DNA of 64,000 nucleotides, taken from contig CAWFCQ010000005.1 of assembly GCA_963814375.1 (NCBI GenBank), positions 258,306-322,305 on the forward strand, read 5' to 3'. A program made the position numbers and the translations under genes. The notes beneath the pieces were generated by a model. The model was not told the DNA's origin. It worked only from the letters and a program-made list of their open reading frames with translations, and did no database searches. Positions within the stretch are counted from its first letter, which is position 1. The number at the start of each line of letters is the position of its first letter. This document shows, one piece after another, positions 24,500 to 41,230 of this stretch. The DNA comes from an uncultured Chloroflexia bacterium. Lineage in GTDB: Bacteria; Chloroflexota; Limnocylindria; QHBO01.

Positions 24500-24738
24500 T
24501 GTGGACAACCGCAGTCGAGCCTTGAACAAACCCATGATACCCAAAGAGTTACCCGGGGACAACGTCCCTTGAACGGCGGGGGAAAACTCGTTGACAACCC
24601 CGTCGCGCCCTCCGGCAGCGCCCGCCGCCCGGGCGCCCGCCCGATGTCGCTCCGCGACCGGCCCTGTGGGAAACCCTCGCCCATGCTCCCCGGCGCGACA
24701 GGGTTGTCAACAGGTTTTCCCCCATCGCCCGTGGATAA
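24500..24738. promoter_or_regulatory. cluster of DnaA-box-like 9-mers, candidate oriC
   Basis: TGTGGACAA 24500, CGGGGACAA 24554, CGTTGACAA 24589, TGTGGGAAA 24665, TTGTCAACA 24704, CGTGGATAA 24730, all in non-coding DNA upstream of dnaN. Confidence 0.65.
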
Positions 24739-25186
24739 CTTCCCCCTCGGCGGCCGGACGGGGCCGCCACGGCGGCCTCGGAGGGATGGCGAAGCCCGAC
24801 ATCCCCGGGCTCGCGAGACCCCTGGACGAGGCGATGCTGGCGGGGCTTCTCAGCCCCGGAGGGGCGTCAGTCCATGCCCGGGCGCAGAGCCCTGGGCCGT
24901 CCGGCTCGAGGCGACTGATCGCTGCCTGCCCCGGCAGGGGCGCAGGGCCATGCGACCCGCACCTGCCGACCCTCCGGTCGCTCGAGATGTCGATCGCCCG
25001 GAGCGCCCTGGTCGCGACGGCTCGCGCCGTGAGGCGTGGACAGCCGGCCCTCGGCGTAAGTTGCGTAAGAGTGAGTCCTCGGACGCATCCTACGCTCGAG
25101 TATGCTTCGCGGCCGATTCGCATCCTCGATTCGCGGGATTTGGTCTACGATGCCCGCTCGCGGAGGAGGCGGGATTCGTCACTCCG

Positions 25187-26769
25187 ATGACCAGGTGGTC
25201 CAGGCAGGAGGCCCCGGGGATGCCCGAGACCCGGCTGGGGGGCGTGCGGCTGGCGATGATCGTGGCGATGGCGGCGGGGACGCTGGGCCTGGGCCTGGGG
25301 GGCTCGGGCCGCCTGACGTACCACGAGGCGTTCGTCGCGCAGGGGCGCGCGAGATGATCGCGCGGGGGGATGTCCTGGTCCCGACGATCGGCGGGCGCCC
25401 CTGGCTGGAGAAGCCGCCGATGGTCTGGTGGCTGGTGGCGCTGGCGGGGAGGATCGCGGGGGGGGTGAGCGAGGCCGCCGCGCGGGCCCCGTCGGCGCTG
25501 GCCGCGACGGCCCTGGCGCTGGGGGTGGCGACCCTCGCCGCGCGGAGGTTCGGCGCCACGGCCGGGCTGCTCGCCGGCCTGGTCCAGGCGAGCACGTCGT
25601 GGACGGTGATGCGGGGCCGGCTGGCCGAGGCCGACATGCTCCTGGCCTGCCTGGTCACCTGGACGATGGTGGCGTTCGACCGCTCCCGGGGCGAGCCGGA
25701 GGGCAGGCGCCCCTGGCGCTGGGCGTTCTTCGCCGGGCTCGGGCTGACGTCCCTGGCCAAGGGGATCGGCTTCGGCGCCGTGATGGTCGGGGCCTCGGTG
25801 GCATTGGTCGTGGCGTGGGACCGCGACCGCGAGGCGCTGCGCCGGCTCCGATTCTGGCCGGGGTGGGCGCTGGCGGGGATCGTCGCGACTGACCTGGCCG
25901 GTCCTGACGGCCCTGCGCCACCCGTCGGTCCTGGGGCTCTGGACGCTGCACGTGACCGACCGCCTGGCGAGTCGTCCCGAGCACTTCGCCGGCGGGCCGT
26001 GGTGGCAGTACGGCCCCGCCCTGCTCGTGCAGGCCCTGCCCTGGACCCCGCTGGCCCTGCTGGGGGCCGGCCCGTCGCTGGTCCGCGCCTTCGCCGGCCG
26101 GGGCCGGGGCGGGGGCGATCGCCTCCTCTGGGCCTGGGCGGTCGCGCCGGTGGTGCTCCTCTCGCTGGCGACGGTCAAGAACGCCCATTACGCGATCCAC
26201 GCCCTCCCCCCTGGTCGATCTGGGCCGCCCTGGGCCTGATGCAGGCTCGGCGAGCGGCTGCGCCGGCGCGGCTGGACGCCCGATCGGGTCCGTCGGGGCG
26301 CGTGGATCGGCTTCGCGGGCCTCGGCCTGGCCATCGGCCTGGGATTCGCCATCGCTCGGCCCCCGGTTCGACCGCCGCGGGGTCGAGTGGGCCTTCTACG
26401 AGGACGCCGCGCGCCTCCTGCGGCCGGGCGAGCCGCTCGCCCTGCTCTACGACGACTGGGACCGCGACCCGTATCCGACGCCGTTCGGCCCCGTCCCGCA
26501 CGACCTGGCCGTCCGCCTCTACTACCTCGACCGCCCCGCCTGCTGGCGGCTCGGCGTCGCAGTCGCTCGCCGACCGACCGCCGGCGCCCTCGCGCGAGGC
26601 CTTCGCCGTCATCGGCCGCGACCGCGACCTCCCCGGCCTGCGCCGGCTGGGCCGCGTCGAGACCGTGGCCCGCGGGCCGGCCACCCGGTTCGACCGCACC
26701 TACGCGCTGTTCCGCGTCACGCCGGGCGAATGGGACCTGGCCGCCAAGGACCAGGATGGGAAGAGATAG
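25187..26769 (+). CDS. ArnT/PMT-like glycosyltransferase family 39 (frameshifted)
   Basis: TYHEAF...AREM, PWLEKPP, AARAPSA, EADMLL, LAKG; multiple TM helices. Confidence 0.85.
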
Positions 26770-26796
26770 CGGATCCGAACGTCCCGGCTGGCGCTA

Positions 26797-27928
26797 AGCA
26801 ACTCGCCAGAATTAATTTGACACGCCGTTTGCTCATGAGCAGCCTCCGGATGGAGGAGAAGCCCATGAGCCGGCTCAACCTGACTTCCTGGCAACGGCGG
26901 CGCCTCCGGCGTCAACTCGCGGAGACCCGGGATGCCCGCCTCTTTCGGCGGACCTTGGCCGTCTTGGAGTTCGACCACGGTCGCTCCGCCGCCGACATCG
27001 CCCGCATGCTCGGGGTGACCCGGCAGAGTGTCTACGACTGGGTCGAGGCTTACACTCGAGGACCACGACCCCGCGTCCCTGGAGGACGAGGGAGGCCGGG
27101 GGCGTCGCCCGCTGCTGGACGAAGACCAGGAGCACTTGCTGGAGGCCCTCCTCGCCGTCTCGCCCCAGGACCTCGGCTACCCGCACGTGAGCTGGACGGT
27201 GCCTCTGCTCCGCGAGGCCCTGGAGATCGCCACGGAGCAACGGGTGTCCGATGACACCCTTCGCCGGGCACTGCGCCGACTGGACTACGTCTGGAAGCGG
27301 CCGCGCTACGACCTGGACCCGGACCCGGAGCGCGAGAAAAAAACGCCGCATTCGCCGGCAAATCCGGGCCCTGCCGCGGCGCAGCGTCGTGCTGGCCCAG
27401 GACGAGACCGACCTGCTGCTGTTCCCGCCGTTGCGCGCCGCTTGGTCGAAGCGCGGCGAAGTCGCCAAGGTCTGGCTGAGCGGCCGCAACGCCCGGCGGG
27501 TGATCTTCGGGGCGATGAACCTGCGGACGGGGACACGGCTGTTCGTGCCGCGCGAGAAGGGGCGGAGTGGTGACTTCCAGGCGTTCCTCGGGGAGGTCCG
27601 GTCGCACTACCGGGGCTGGCATGTGGCCCTGTTGCTCGACGAGGATCCCTCGCACACGGCCAAGGCCTCGCTGCGTGAGGCCGAGGGGATGACGCTGTTG
27701 TGGCTGCCGAAGCGGTCGCCGAAGTTGAACCCGATGGATACGCTGTGGGGGCAGGGCAAGGACGTGATCAGCGCCAACAAGCAGTACGCGACCATCGAGG
27801 AGCAGGTGGATCGCTTCCTCGGTCATCTGCGCAGCCTGACGAATCAGGAGGCACTGCATACGTCCGGCGTCCTCTCCAGGAGGTTCTGGCTCAAGAGGGC
27901 GTTGTCAGATTAATTCTGCGGAGTTGCT
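26797..27928 (+). mobile_element. IS630-family insertion sequence (~1.13 kb)
   Basis: 26-bp IRs AGCAACTCGCCAGAATTAATTTGACA / AGCAACTCCGCAGAATTAATCTGACA; TA duplication at 26795-96 and 27929-30 (CTAG target). Confidence 0.93.
26865..27913 (+). CDS. IS630 transposase (HTH OrfA + DDE OrfB, probable -1 programmed frameshift at A7 run ~27336-27342)
   Basis: IARMLGVTRQSVYDW helix-turn-helix; QDET, LLDEDPSH, LPKRSPKLNPMD; GAGAAAAAAACG slippery site; extra indel ~27058. Confidence 0.88.
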
Positions 27929-28281
27929 TAGGTCTCCTCGCCGGACATCGAGACGCGGCCGTTGCGGTCGTGGAGTCGGCCCAGCGTCCGGTCGAGGACG
28001 TGGATCATCTTGTCGACCGCCCCGCTGACCGCCTCGTCGATGCCGGTGGCCCTTTCATCGACCGCGACCGGCTGGTGCCCGGCCAGGCTGACCTCGATGG
28101 AGCACCGGGTGTCGACGCCCCCCTTGTGGGCGTTCATGTCCTGCAAGTAGACCTCGACCCGCCGGATCCGGTCGACAAACCGATCGCTCAAGGCACCCTC
28201 GACCTCGGCTCGAATGCTGCTGGTCAGGTCTTCGCTATTCTCGATATGGTTGTCGGTGCGAACCTGGAAATGCACGGTCAA
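27928..28281 (-). CDS. HPF/RaiA-family ribosome-associated protein
   Basis: RFVDRIRRVEVYLQDMNAHKGGVDTRCSIEV...AVSGAVDK; GGAGG RBS. Confidence 0.85.
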   Translation of the reverse strand: MTVHFQVRTDNHIENSEDLTSSIRAEVEGALSDRFVDRIRRVEVYLQDMNAHKGGVDTRCSIEVSLAGHQPVAVDERATGIDEAVSGAVDKMIHVLDRTLGRLHDRNGRVSMSGEET

Positions 28282-28321
28282 TCCTCCCCGGGTTACGATG
28301 CGTTTCGGTCAAAGTCGTTCG

Positions 28322-28338
28322 AGCAATGTGTGTGCCAA
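28322..28338 (-). promoter_or_regulatory. sigma54 (-24/-12) promoter
   Basis: TTGGCACACACATTGCT gives GG-N10-GC matching TGGCAC-N5-TTGCW, ~40 nt upstream of the HPF gene. Confidence 0.75.
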
Positions 28339-28344
28339 TATTCC

Positions 28345-28611
28345 GAGCCATGGCGATCGAGGGGATCTTCGTGCTGACCGTCGGCCGCTCCTCCGGGGGT
28401 GTCACGGACAACCTGTCGTCCGCGTCGCGGAGCGACGAGGCTCCGGCGGCAGGTCGTGGATGTAGATGTGCTCCTCGAGCTGGACGATGTAGCTCGGGCC
28501 GATCCGCGGGGCCAGCTCCCGGCGCATCGCCGAGAGGAACTCCGTGTGGAAGTCCAGCCAGTGGGCGGCCTGCTCGAAGTAGGGGTTCATGCCCGGGAAG
28601 GGGGACGGCAT
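28345..28611 (-). pseudogene. DUF4058 family protein, truncated
   Basis: MPSPFPGMNPYFEQ..WLDFH N-terminus characteristic of DUF4058; only ~90 codons remain. Confidence 0.7.
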
Positions 28612-28819
28612 CGCGCTCTCCTCCGGCTCCGGTCCTCCGCATCATGGTATCATCGCGGATGATCCGGGCGAAGCTCCGGGCCGCGGACTGGCCGGCCCAC
28701 CGGGCCTCCTGAGCTCCCGCAGCGGCATCCTGGGCAGATGACGCATCGAGGAATCGACCTTTCCAATGGCCCGATTCCCCACGCTCAGCCCGGTAAGGCG
28801 GCCAGATTCCCGTCCTCGC

Positions 28820-29219
28820 TCAGGGGTAGAGGCCATGGGCGATCAAGGCGGCGCGCAGTTGCAGCCGCTGCCCCGCGTTCATGGAGAGCACCTGCACCGT
28901 CGCCCGGCCCGTGGGCGTGAGGCCGAGGAATCCGCGGGCCATGCAGCTCGAAATGATCCGCCCAGGACTGCTCTCGCGGGTGGAACAACCGCTCGACCTG
29001 GCCGGTCTCGCGGTCGATGCCCGTGAGGTCCGACCCCTTGAACAGATTGCACCGCTCGCACGCGAGACAGAGGTTCGATACGTCATCGCTCCCGCCGTGC
29101 TTGCGGGCTACGATGTGCTCGACGTGGTGGGAGAGCTCGACGTGGTCCTGATGGACCAGGCAATATTCGCAGCGGCCTCCGGCACGAGTCCGGACGGTTG
29201 CGCGGGTGGCCGGATCCAT
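28820..29219 (-). CDS. HNH endonuclease (indel ~28930)
   Basis: CEYC...HHVEHI.ARKHGG.DD.SNL..AC.RCN..KG; LFHPR..W..HF; GLTPTGRAT...L.MN. Confidence 0.88.
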
Positions 29220-29478
29220 CAGCTCGTGCCGTTGGCTTCGAGGTGACGCTTCGCCTTGAGCTTGAAGATGGCCAGCAGGTCCGCCGCCTCGATGTAGCTC
29301 AGGTACTCATCCCGCTCGTCGGGGGTCAGCTCCCCCTCGTTGGCGCGCCGGCCAAGACCTCGACCCGCGGCTCAGTCTCCGGGTCGATGCGGAGGTCGAG
29401 GATGCTGCGGGCCGCCTCCGCGTTCAGGCACGCCGCGAGCGGGTCGAGGAGCCGGTCCATGAAGTGCGCCGCATGCAT
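29219..29478 (-). CDS. small helical partner protein of the HNH nuclease (putative antitoxin; indel ~29350)
   Basis: Not in the ORF track. Manual translation MHAAHFMDRLLDPLAACLNAEAARSILDLRIDP...ANEGELTPDERDEYLSYIEAADLLAIFKLKAKRHL; GGAG RBS; TGATG overlap with the HNH start. Confidence 0.7.
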
Positions 29479-29543
29479 TTGAGTCTCCAGGAATGGCCCG
29501 TTCTCCCTTCTCCGTCATCGTACCGCGAATCGGCCGGACCTGG

Positions 29544-32688
<3,145 letters not shown>

Positions 32689-32777
32689 CGCGCCTACTTT
32701 CCGCACATCTCGGACGGGTTTTTTCCGAATGACCCGCAGGCTGCCAGGTCCGCCAGGACGACTGGCGTGTGTAGGAC

Positions 32778-35684
<2,907 letters not shown>

Positions 35685-36173
35685 TTCAACGAACGCGACG
35701 GCCATGCCGGCGCCGTTGGATTCGGGGGCAATCAGGAGCCGCTTGCCCTTGTAGTCCTCGACCGAACCGCCATGCTCGCGAATCAGGCCTTCGATGCGCA
35801 CCGCGTCGAACCGGCCGCGGGCCAGCACCATCGGGGGACCATCGGTCCCGACGCCAGGCCAGGCGGCCGCGAGGACGCTGTCGATGTCATTTTCGATGTC
35901 GATGCCAGTTTGTGTTTCAAACTGGTTCTTGTCGTCGGCACTTGGCTCGAATTGACGCAGTTTCTGTCGTAATTCTGAGCCCGCCACGCTCCGGACGTCC
36001 GCGAACGCGATCATCCGGGCATCCGACGGCACGTAGGAGAGCTCTTCGGGGCCGTTGCTTCCGATGATGGCGAAATTCTGGATACCGACGTAGGAGGCCG
36101 ACAGGCCCGTCCCCAGCCCGAAGACCAGAACCCCAACCGTTCCAACAAGAAAGAGCCGTGTCCTCTTCTTCAT
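35685..36173 (-). CDS. exported hypothetical protein, 3'-truncated at junction
   Basis: N-terminal TM/signal, [24 protein letters not shown]; AGGAG RBS and an upstream TATAAT. Confidence 0.65.
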
Positions 36174-36210
36174 GAACGCTCCTGAAGGTGATTATACGGA
36201 CGACCGGGGA

Positions 36211-37050
36211 TTATTGTTCGAGGACATATTCCCGTCTTTCGATCGCGCGCTGTCCAAGGAACAGGGACACCCCGGTGATGACGGCTATCCAGAACAAGCA
36301 GGTCGGAGCCGTCGGGGTATCCGTGAATACCGCCTGAATCAGGGAGGCGACGCCGTCGCTCGGCATGGCGTGGGGCACCAGGCCCTGCAGGTAATAGGCG
36401 AGGGTGAAACGCCTGAGGTATCCCGGCATCAGCATGGCCAGCTGTTCCCAGCCGAAGGCGAACACCAGGCCGACCACGAGCGGCCGCTTCAAGACCGTCC
36501 CGACCAGCGCGAACAGCGCCCCATAGGAGGCCAGCCCCAACGCCATGATGCCCAGGTCGGTCAGCAGCAGCCGGAAACTTCCGGGGATCTCGGCAACCGG
36601 GACGATCAGGAAGTAGACCACCATGATCGACGGCAGGACCACCAGCACCGTACACACGAGGTAGGCCAGATACTTTCCGAGCAGGACCGCGCCGCGCTGG
36701 ACCGGGCGCGTGAATAGATAGGTCAGCGTCTTGTCGTCGACTTCATCGGCAATGAGTGACGTGCCGTAGAACACTCCCAGCATCGGAATCGTGAACCGGA
36801 TGAAGAGCACCCAGATCATCATCCCGAAGATCCCGGCTCCGCCCACCCGGACCCCGTTCACCCGCAGGGGGGCCACACCCATTTCCTGGACGATGCGCGA
36901 CACGATCGCGAGGATGACCGGCGCGGCCATGATCAGCGCCATGAAGATCGTCCGGCGGGACCACAGCATCTCCCCGAGCGACAGCTCGAAGACCCGGACG
37001 GCGCTCGACAGGAACGACGGCGCGCGGCGCTGACTGATGCTCTCACTCAT
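36211..37050 (-). CDS. ABC-2 type transporter permease
   Basis: Six TM helices; DEVDDKTLTYLFTRPV..G.VLLGK motif. Confidence 0.88.
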   Translation of the reverse strand: MSESISQRRAPSFLSSAVRVFELSLGEMLWSRRTIFMALIMAAPVILAIVSRIVQEMGVAPLRVNGVRVGGAGIFGMMIWVLFIRFTIPMLGVFYGTSLIADEVDDKTLTYLFTRPVQRGAVLLGKYLAYLVCTVLVVLPSIMVVYFLIVPVAEIPGSFRLLLTDLGIMALGLASYGALFALVGTVLKRPLVVGLVFAFGWEQLAMLMPGYLRRFTLAYYLQGLVPHAMPSDGVASLIQAVFTDTPTAPTCLFWIAVITGVSLFLGQRAIERREYVLEQ

Positions 37051-38010
37051 TGCTTGACCAGGTACTTGAAGACCGCCTGCAGGTTGTCATCGGGTGACGT
37101 CACTTCGTCGATCACGCCCGCTTCACCGTTCGCGGCCATGTCCGTGAGCCGGGCATAGAACGCGTCAGGCCGGCGCCGTTTCCACCACCAGCGCCCCCGG
37201 CTCGAACCGCAGGCTGATGACGCCGTCCTCGGCGAGGATGCTCTGCGCAAGCCCCCGCGGATCTTGCCGCCCGGATGAATACCGTATGCGGATGCGTGTC
37301 GATCAGGTCGCGGATCTGATGGACGTTGCCTTCCGCGAGGATGCGACCGTTGTTGATCAGCAGGATGTTGGACGTCATCGACTCGATTTCGTGCAGCACG
37401 TGACTCGAGACGAGGACGTGCTTTCCCGCTCGCGCCCAGTCCTTGATCAAGCGGATCGTCCGGCGTCGCATCAGCGGGTCCATGCCGGTCAGCGGTTCAT
37501 CCAGGATCAGCAGCTCGGGATCGTGCACGATCGCCTGCGCCAGCTTGACCCGCTGTCGCATCCCCTTGCTGTACGCACCGATCTTCTTGTTCGCCGCATC
37601 CATCAGATCGACGGCTTCGAGCGCGCGTGTGGCGGCGGCGGTCGCCTCGTCTGCAGACAACCCGTTCAGCCGCACCAGCGCCGTGACCCAGTCCAGGCCG
37701 GTCATGCGCTCGTAGAACGCGTCTTGCTCGGGGCAGAACCCGATGCGGTGGTAGAGGGCCGGGTTGCCCCAATCGGCTCGCCGAGCACCCGTACCTGGCC
37801 CTTGCTCGGCCTGAGCTGACCCGTCACCAGCTTCATGAACGTCGACTTGCCGGCGCCATTCGGGCCGAGCAGGCCCGTGATGCCGGGCGGGACGATGACG
37901 GTTACGTCGTTCAGCCCGGACACCTGCCCGTACCACTTCGACAGGTGCTCGGTCGCGATGATCATCCCTCGCCCCGGCGCGGGCTGGCCCTGAGCCTGTG
38001 GAAGGGTCAC
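37047..38010 (-). CDS. ABC transporter ATP-binding protein (indels)
   Basis: GPNGAGKST, YSKGMRQR, LILDEP, SSH. Confidence 0.9.
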
Positions 38011-38845
38011 GTCACCACCTCGACGCCGCGGACCCGTCGTTCGAGCACCCAGATGGATGCGGCAATCAGGACGGCCACCACGACGACCGCGGCGGCCACT
38101 GGAATCGCCCGCGGACCTTGAATCCGGAAAATACCATCGGCAATCACGTTCATGGTGTCGCGCGGCGAGATGGCGGCCCACGCGGTGCTGTTGGTAATGG
38201 CTCGAAGCGCCTGATACATCGCGGCGGTGAAGAACAGCGCCCCGGCGTACATCATCGCCACGAAGCGGCGGCTCTTCGACATCGACGACAGCGCCAACAT
38301 GGTGAACGACGACACGAACACCTGCAGGCCGGCAAACAGCGTGATGGCCGGAATCAGGAACGGATGCTCGGTGAGGAACTTCGTGCTGCCGGCAAACAAC
38401 ATCTGCAGCAGCAACAGGCACATCGCCGGCAGCCAGGTCACGAACGCCAGGACGATCGCCAGCGTGATCAGCTTGCCAGCGATGTATTCGACACGGCTCA
38501 GTGGCTTCGACAGGTAAATCTGCAGCGCATTCGCTCGACGATCATCGGCAATCAACCCCGCCCCGATCATGATGCAGACGATGAAGACGAACACGCTCTG
38601 CTGTTCGAGGTATTCGCGGAACATCTGCGGCGTCGGCGCCAGGAACGCGACCTGCTGAAAGTTGGACGACGCGTAGATCTGGACGGCGCGGACCAGAAAC
38701 GGCAGCCACGCGGCCAGCAGCAGGCCCATGACGCGCCGCTCGCGGATACGCGACAGCAGTCCGGCGCGGGCGATGACCCACCAGCGGCGGCCATGCGGCT
38801 CGCGCACACCGCCATAGCGGCGATATCCCTGATCGTGAATCGGAC

Positions 38846-38849
<4 letters not shown>
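38007..38849 (-). CDS. ABC-2 type transporter permease
   Basis: MSPIHDQGYRRY; DDRRANALQIYLSKPL..EYIAGK; multiple TM helices. Confidence 0.88.
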
Positions 38850-39775
<926 letters not shown>

Positions 39776-39777
39776 AC

Positions 39778-39830
39778 GTTCGAGCCGTTCGAATCGTTCG
39801 AGCCGTTCAAGTCGGTCAAGGTCGTTCGCC
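39778..39830. repeat. 9-bp degenerate tandem repeat (CGTTCGAGC-like)
   Basis: gttcgagcc gttcgaatc gttcgagcc gttcaagtc ggtcaaggt cgttcg. Confidence 0.7.
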
Positions 39831-39831
39831 T

Positions 39832-40403
39832 CTAGCGCGAGTGGCTGCGAGGCCGAGACGGCTGCGCGTTCGCGCAGGAAAGCAATCACGTTCGCCGACG
39901 TGCTCCTCGAGCGGCAGGCCGAGTTCCGCACGCCGGGTCGCAGATCGTCTCGCGACACGGCCCGCGCGAACGCCTTGTCCTTCATCCGCTTCAGCGACCG
40001 ACGCGGCCTCGAGATCCATCACGCTCGGCTCGGCCGGACCAGCGCGCGCCGCGGTCACGAAGCCGGCCATCTCGTCGCAGGCAAACAGTGTCTTCTCCGA
40101 TCGCGCTCTCGCGCGGAACGCCGGAATAGTCGGCGTGCGGACAGGATGGCCGCGCGTCACCCAGGCCGGGTAGCCGCGACGCGGCAGTTCCTCACACCCG
40201 CGGAACGGAGTGGTCGTCCGCCGTCGGATATCGCTCGTAGTCGAAGTCGTGGAGCAGCGCCACCACGCCCCAGTCCGTTTCATCCTCGCGAACCTTCGGG
40301 CATAGCCGCGGACCGCCGCTTCGACCGCCAGCGCATGCTTTCGCAGGCTCTCGCCCGTCGTCCACTCGGCAGCAGCGCCACGCCTCGTCGCGATCGGCGA
40401 CAC
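39832..40403 (-). CDS. HDIG-domain hydrolase (indels)
   Basis: SLRKHALAVEA, LLHDFDYE, LFACDEMAGFV, MKDKAFARAVSRDD. Confidence 0.82.
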
Positions 40404-40879
40404 TCAGCCCCCATCGAGTACCGAGTCGGGGCGCGCGGCGTCGGCGCGCCAGTTCGAGCGCCCGCGCGAATCACCGCCGTCGCCTTCTCGGTGAGGTGAT
40501 ACGCTCGCAGCTCAGCGGGGCTCGTCCCGAGACCACAGTCGTCGACGTCCGAGGCCGCTCGCAGCGTCGCCACCACGCCGCCAGCACAGGTAGTCCACGA
40601 GCACGTAGTGGTACATGCACCCGCCCGTCGTCGTCACGCGTGATTCGGTCGAAGACCTCGATGACCGGACCGACCTCCACCTCGAGGCCGGTCTCCTCGC
40701 GCATCTCGCGGGCCACGCACTCCTCGCGAGGGTCTCCCCCGGCCTCCACCGCCCCGCCCGGCAGGCTCCACTCGCCCGTCAGCGGCGGGACCGCCGCGGC
40801 GTACGAGCACCACACGCGCGTCGTCGACGATGACCGCGCCAACGCCAGCGAACGGACGGTCGGGATACCTACGCTTCAC
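40404..40879 (-). CDS. NUDIX hydrolase (indels)
   Basis: RYPDRPFAGVGAV, WSLPGG.VE..E....REMREETGL Nudix box. Confidence 0.85.
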
Positions 40880-40882
40880 GCT

Positions 40883-41023
40883 TCTCGGTTCTCACTGCTC
40901 GGTTCGTGTTCAGGTTCGTTGTTCGGTTCGCCGGCCTTCGTCCGGGCTGCGTCGAACCACCAACCCGGCACACCGAACACCGAACATCGAACGTCAAACC
41001 GAACGCGAACAGGAACTGAGCAG
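40883..41023. repeat. imperfect inverted repeat built from GTTC/GAAC short repeats
   Basis: Left arm ctgctcggttcgtgttcaggttcg pairs imperfectly with right arm cgaacgcgaacaggaactgagcag. Confidence 0.6.
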
Positions 41024-41030
41024 CAAGTAG

Positions 41031-41212
41031 ACCATCGCGGCGAACGTGTCGCGGGTGCCGGCGCACCTCGTCGTCGGCGTAGTCGAGGGCGACGACACGA
41101 TGACCCGCGGCGGGCGAGCTCGAAGGCGTGCCGGCCGAAGCCGGCCCGACGTCGAGCACCAGCGCGCCCGGCGCAGCCGAGCGGCGAGCCGGTCGAAGCG
41201 GATGGTCGACGA
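41031..41212 (-). CDS. class I SAM-dependent methyltransferase, N-terminal fragment cut at junction
   Basis: TIRFDRL...LVLDVG.GFGRHAFE...VVALD. Confidence 0.7.
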
Positions 41213-41230
41213 TCGCCGGCGGCCGAGCCG

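Noticed and set aside
24591-25190. ORFs in the dnaN upstream region as a possible dnaA remnant
   Set aside because: No AAA+ or DnaA domain IV motifs in the translated frames.
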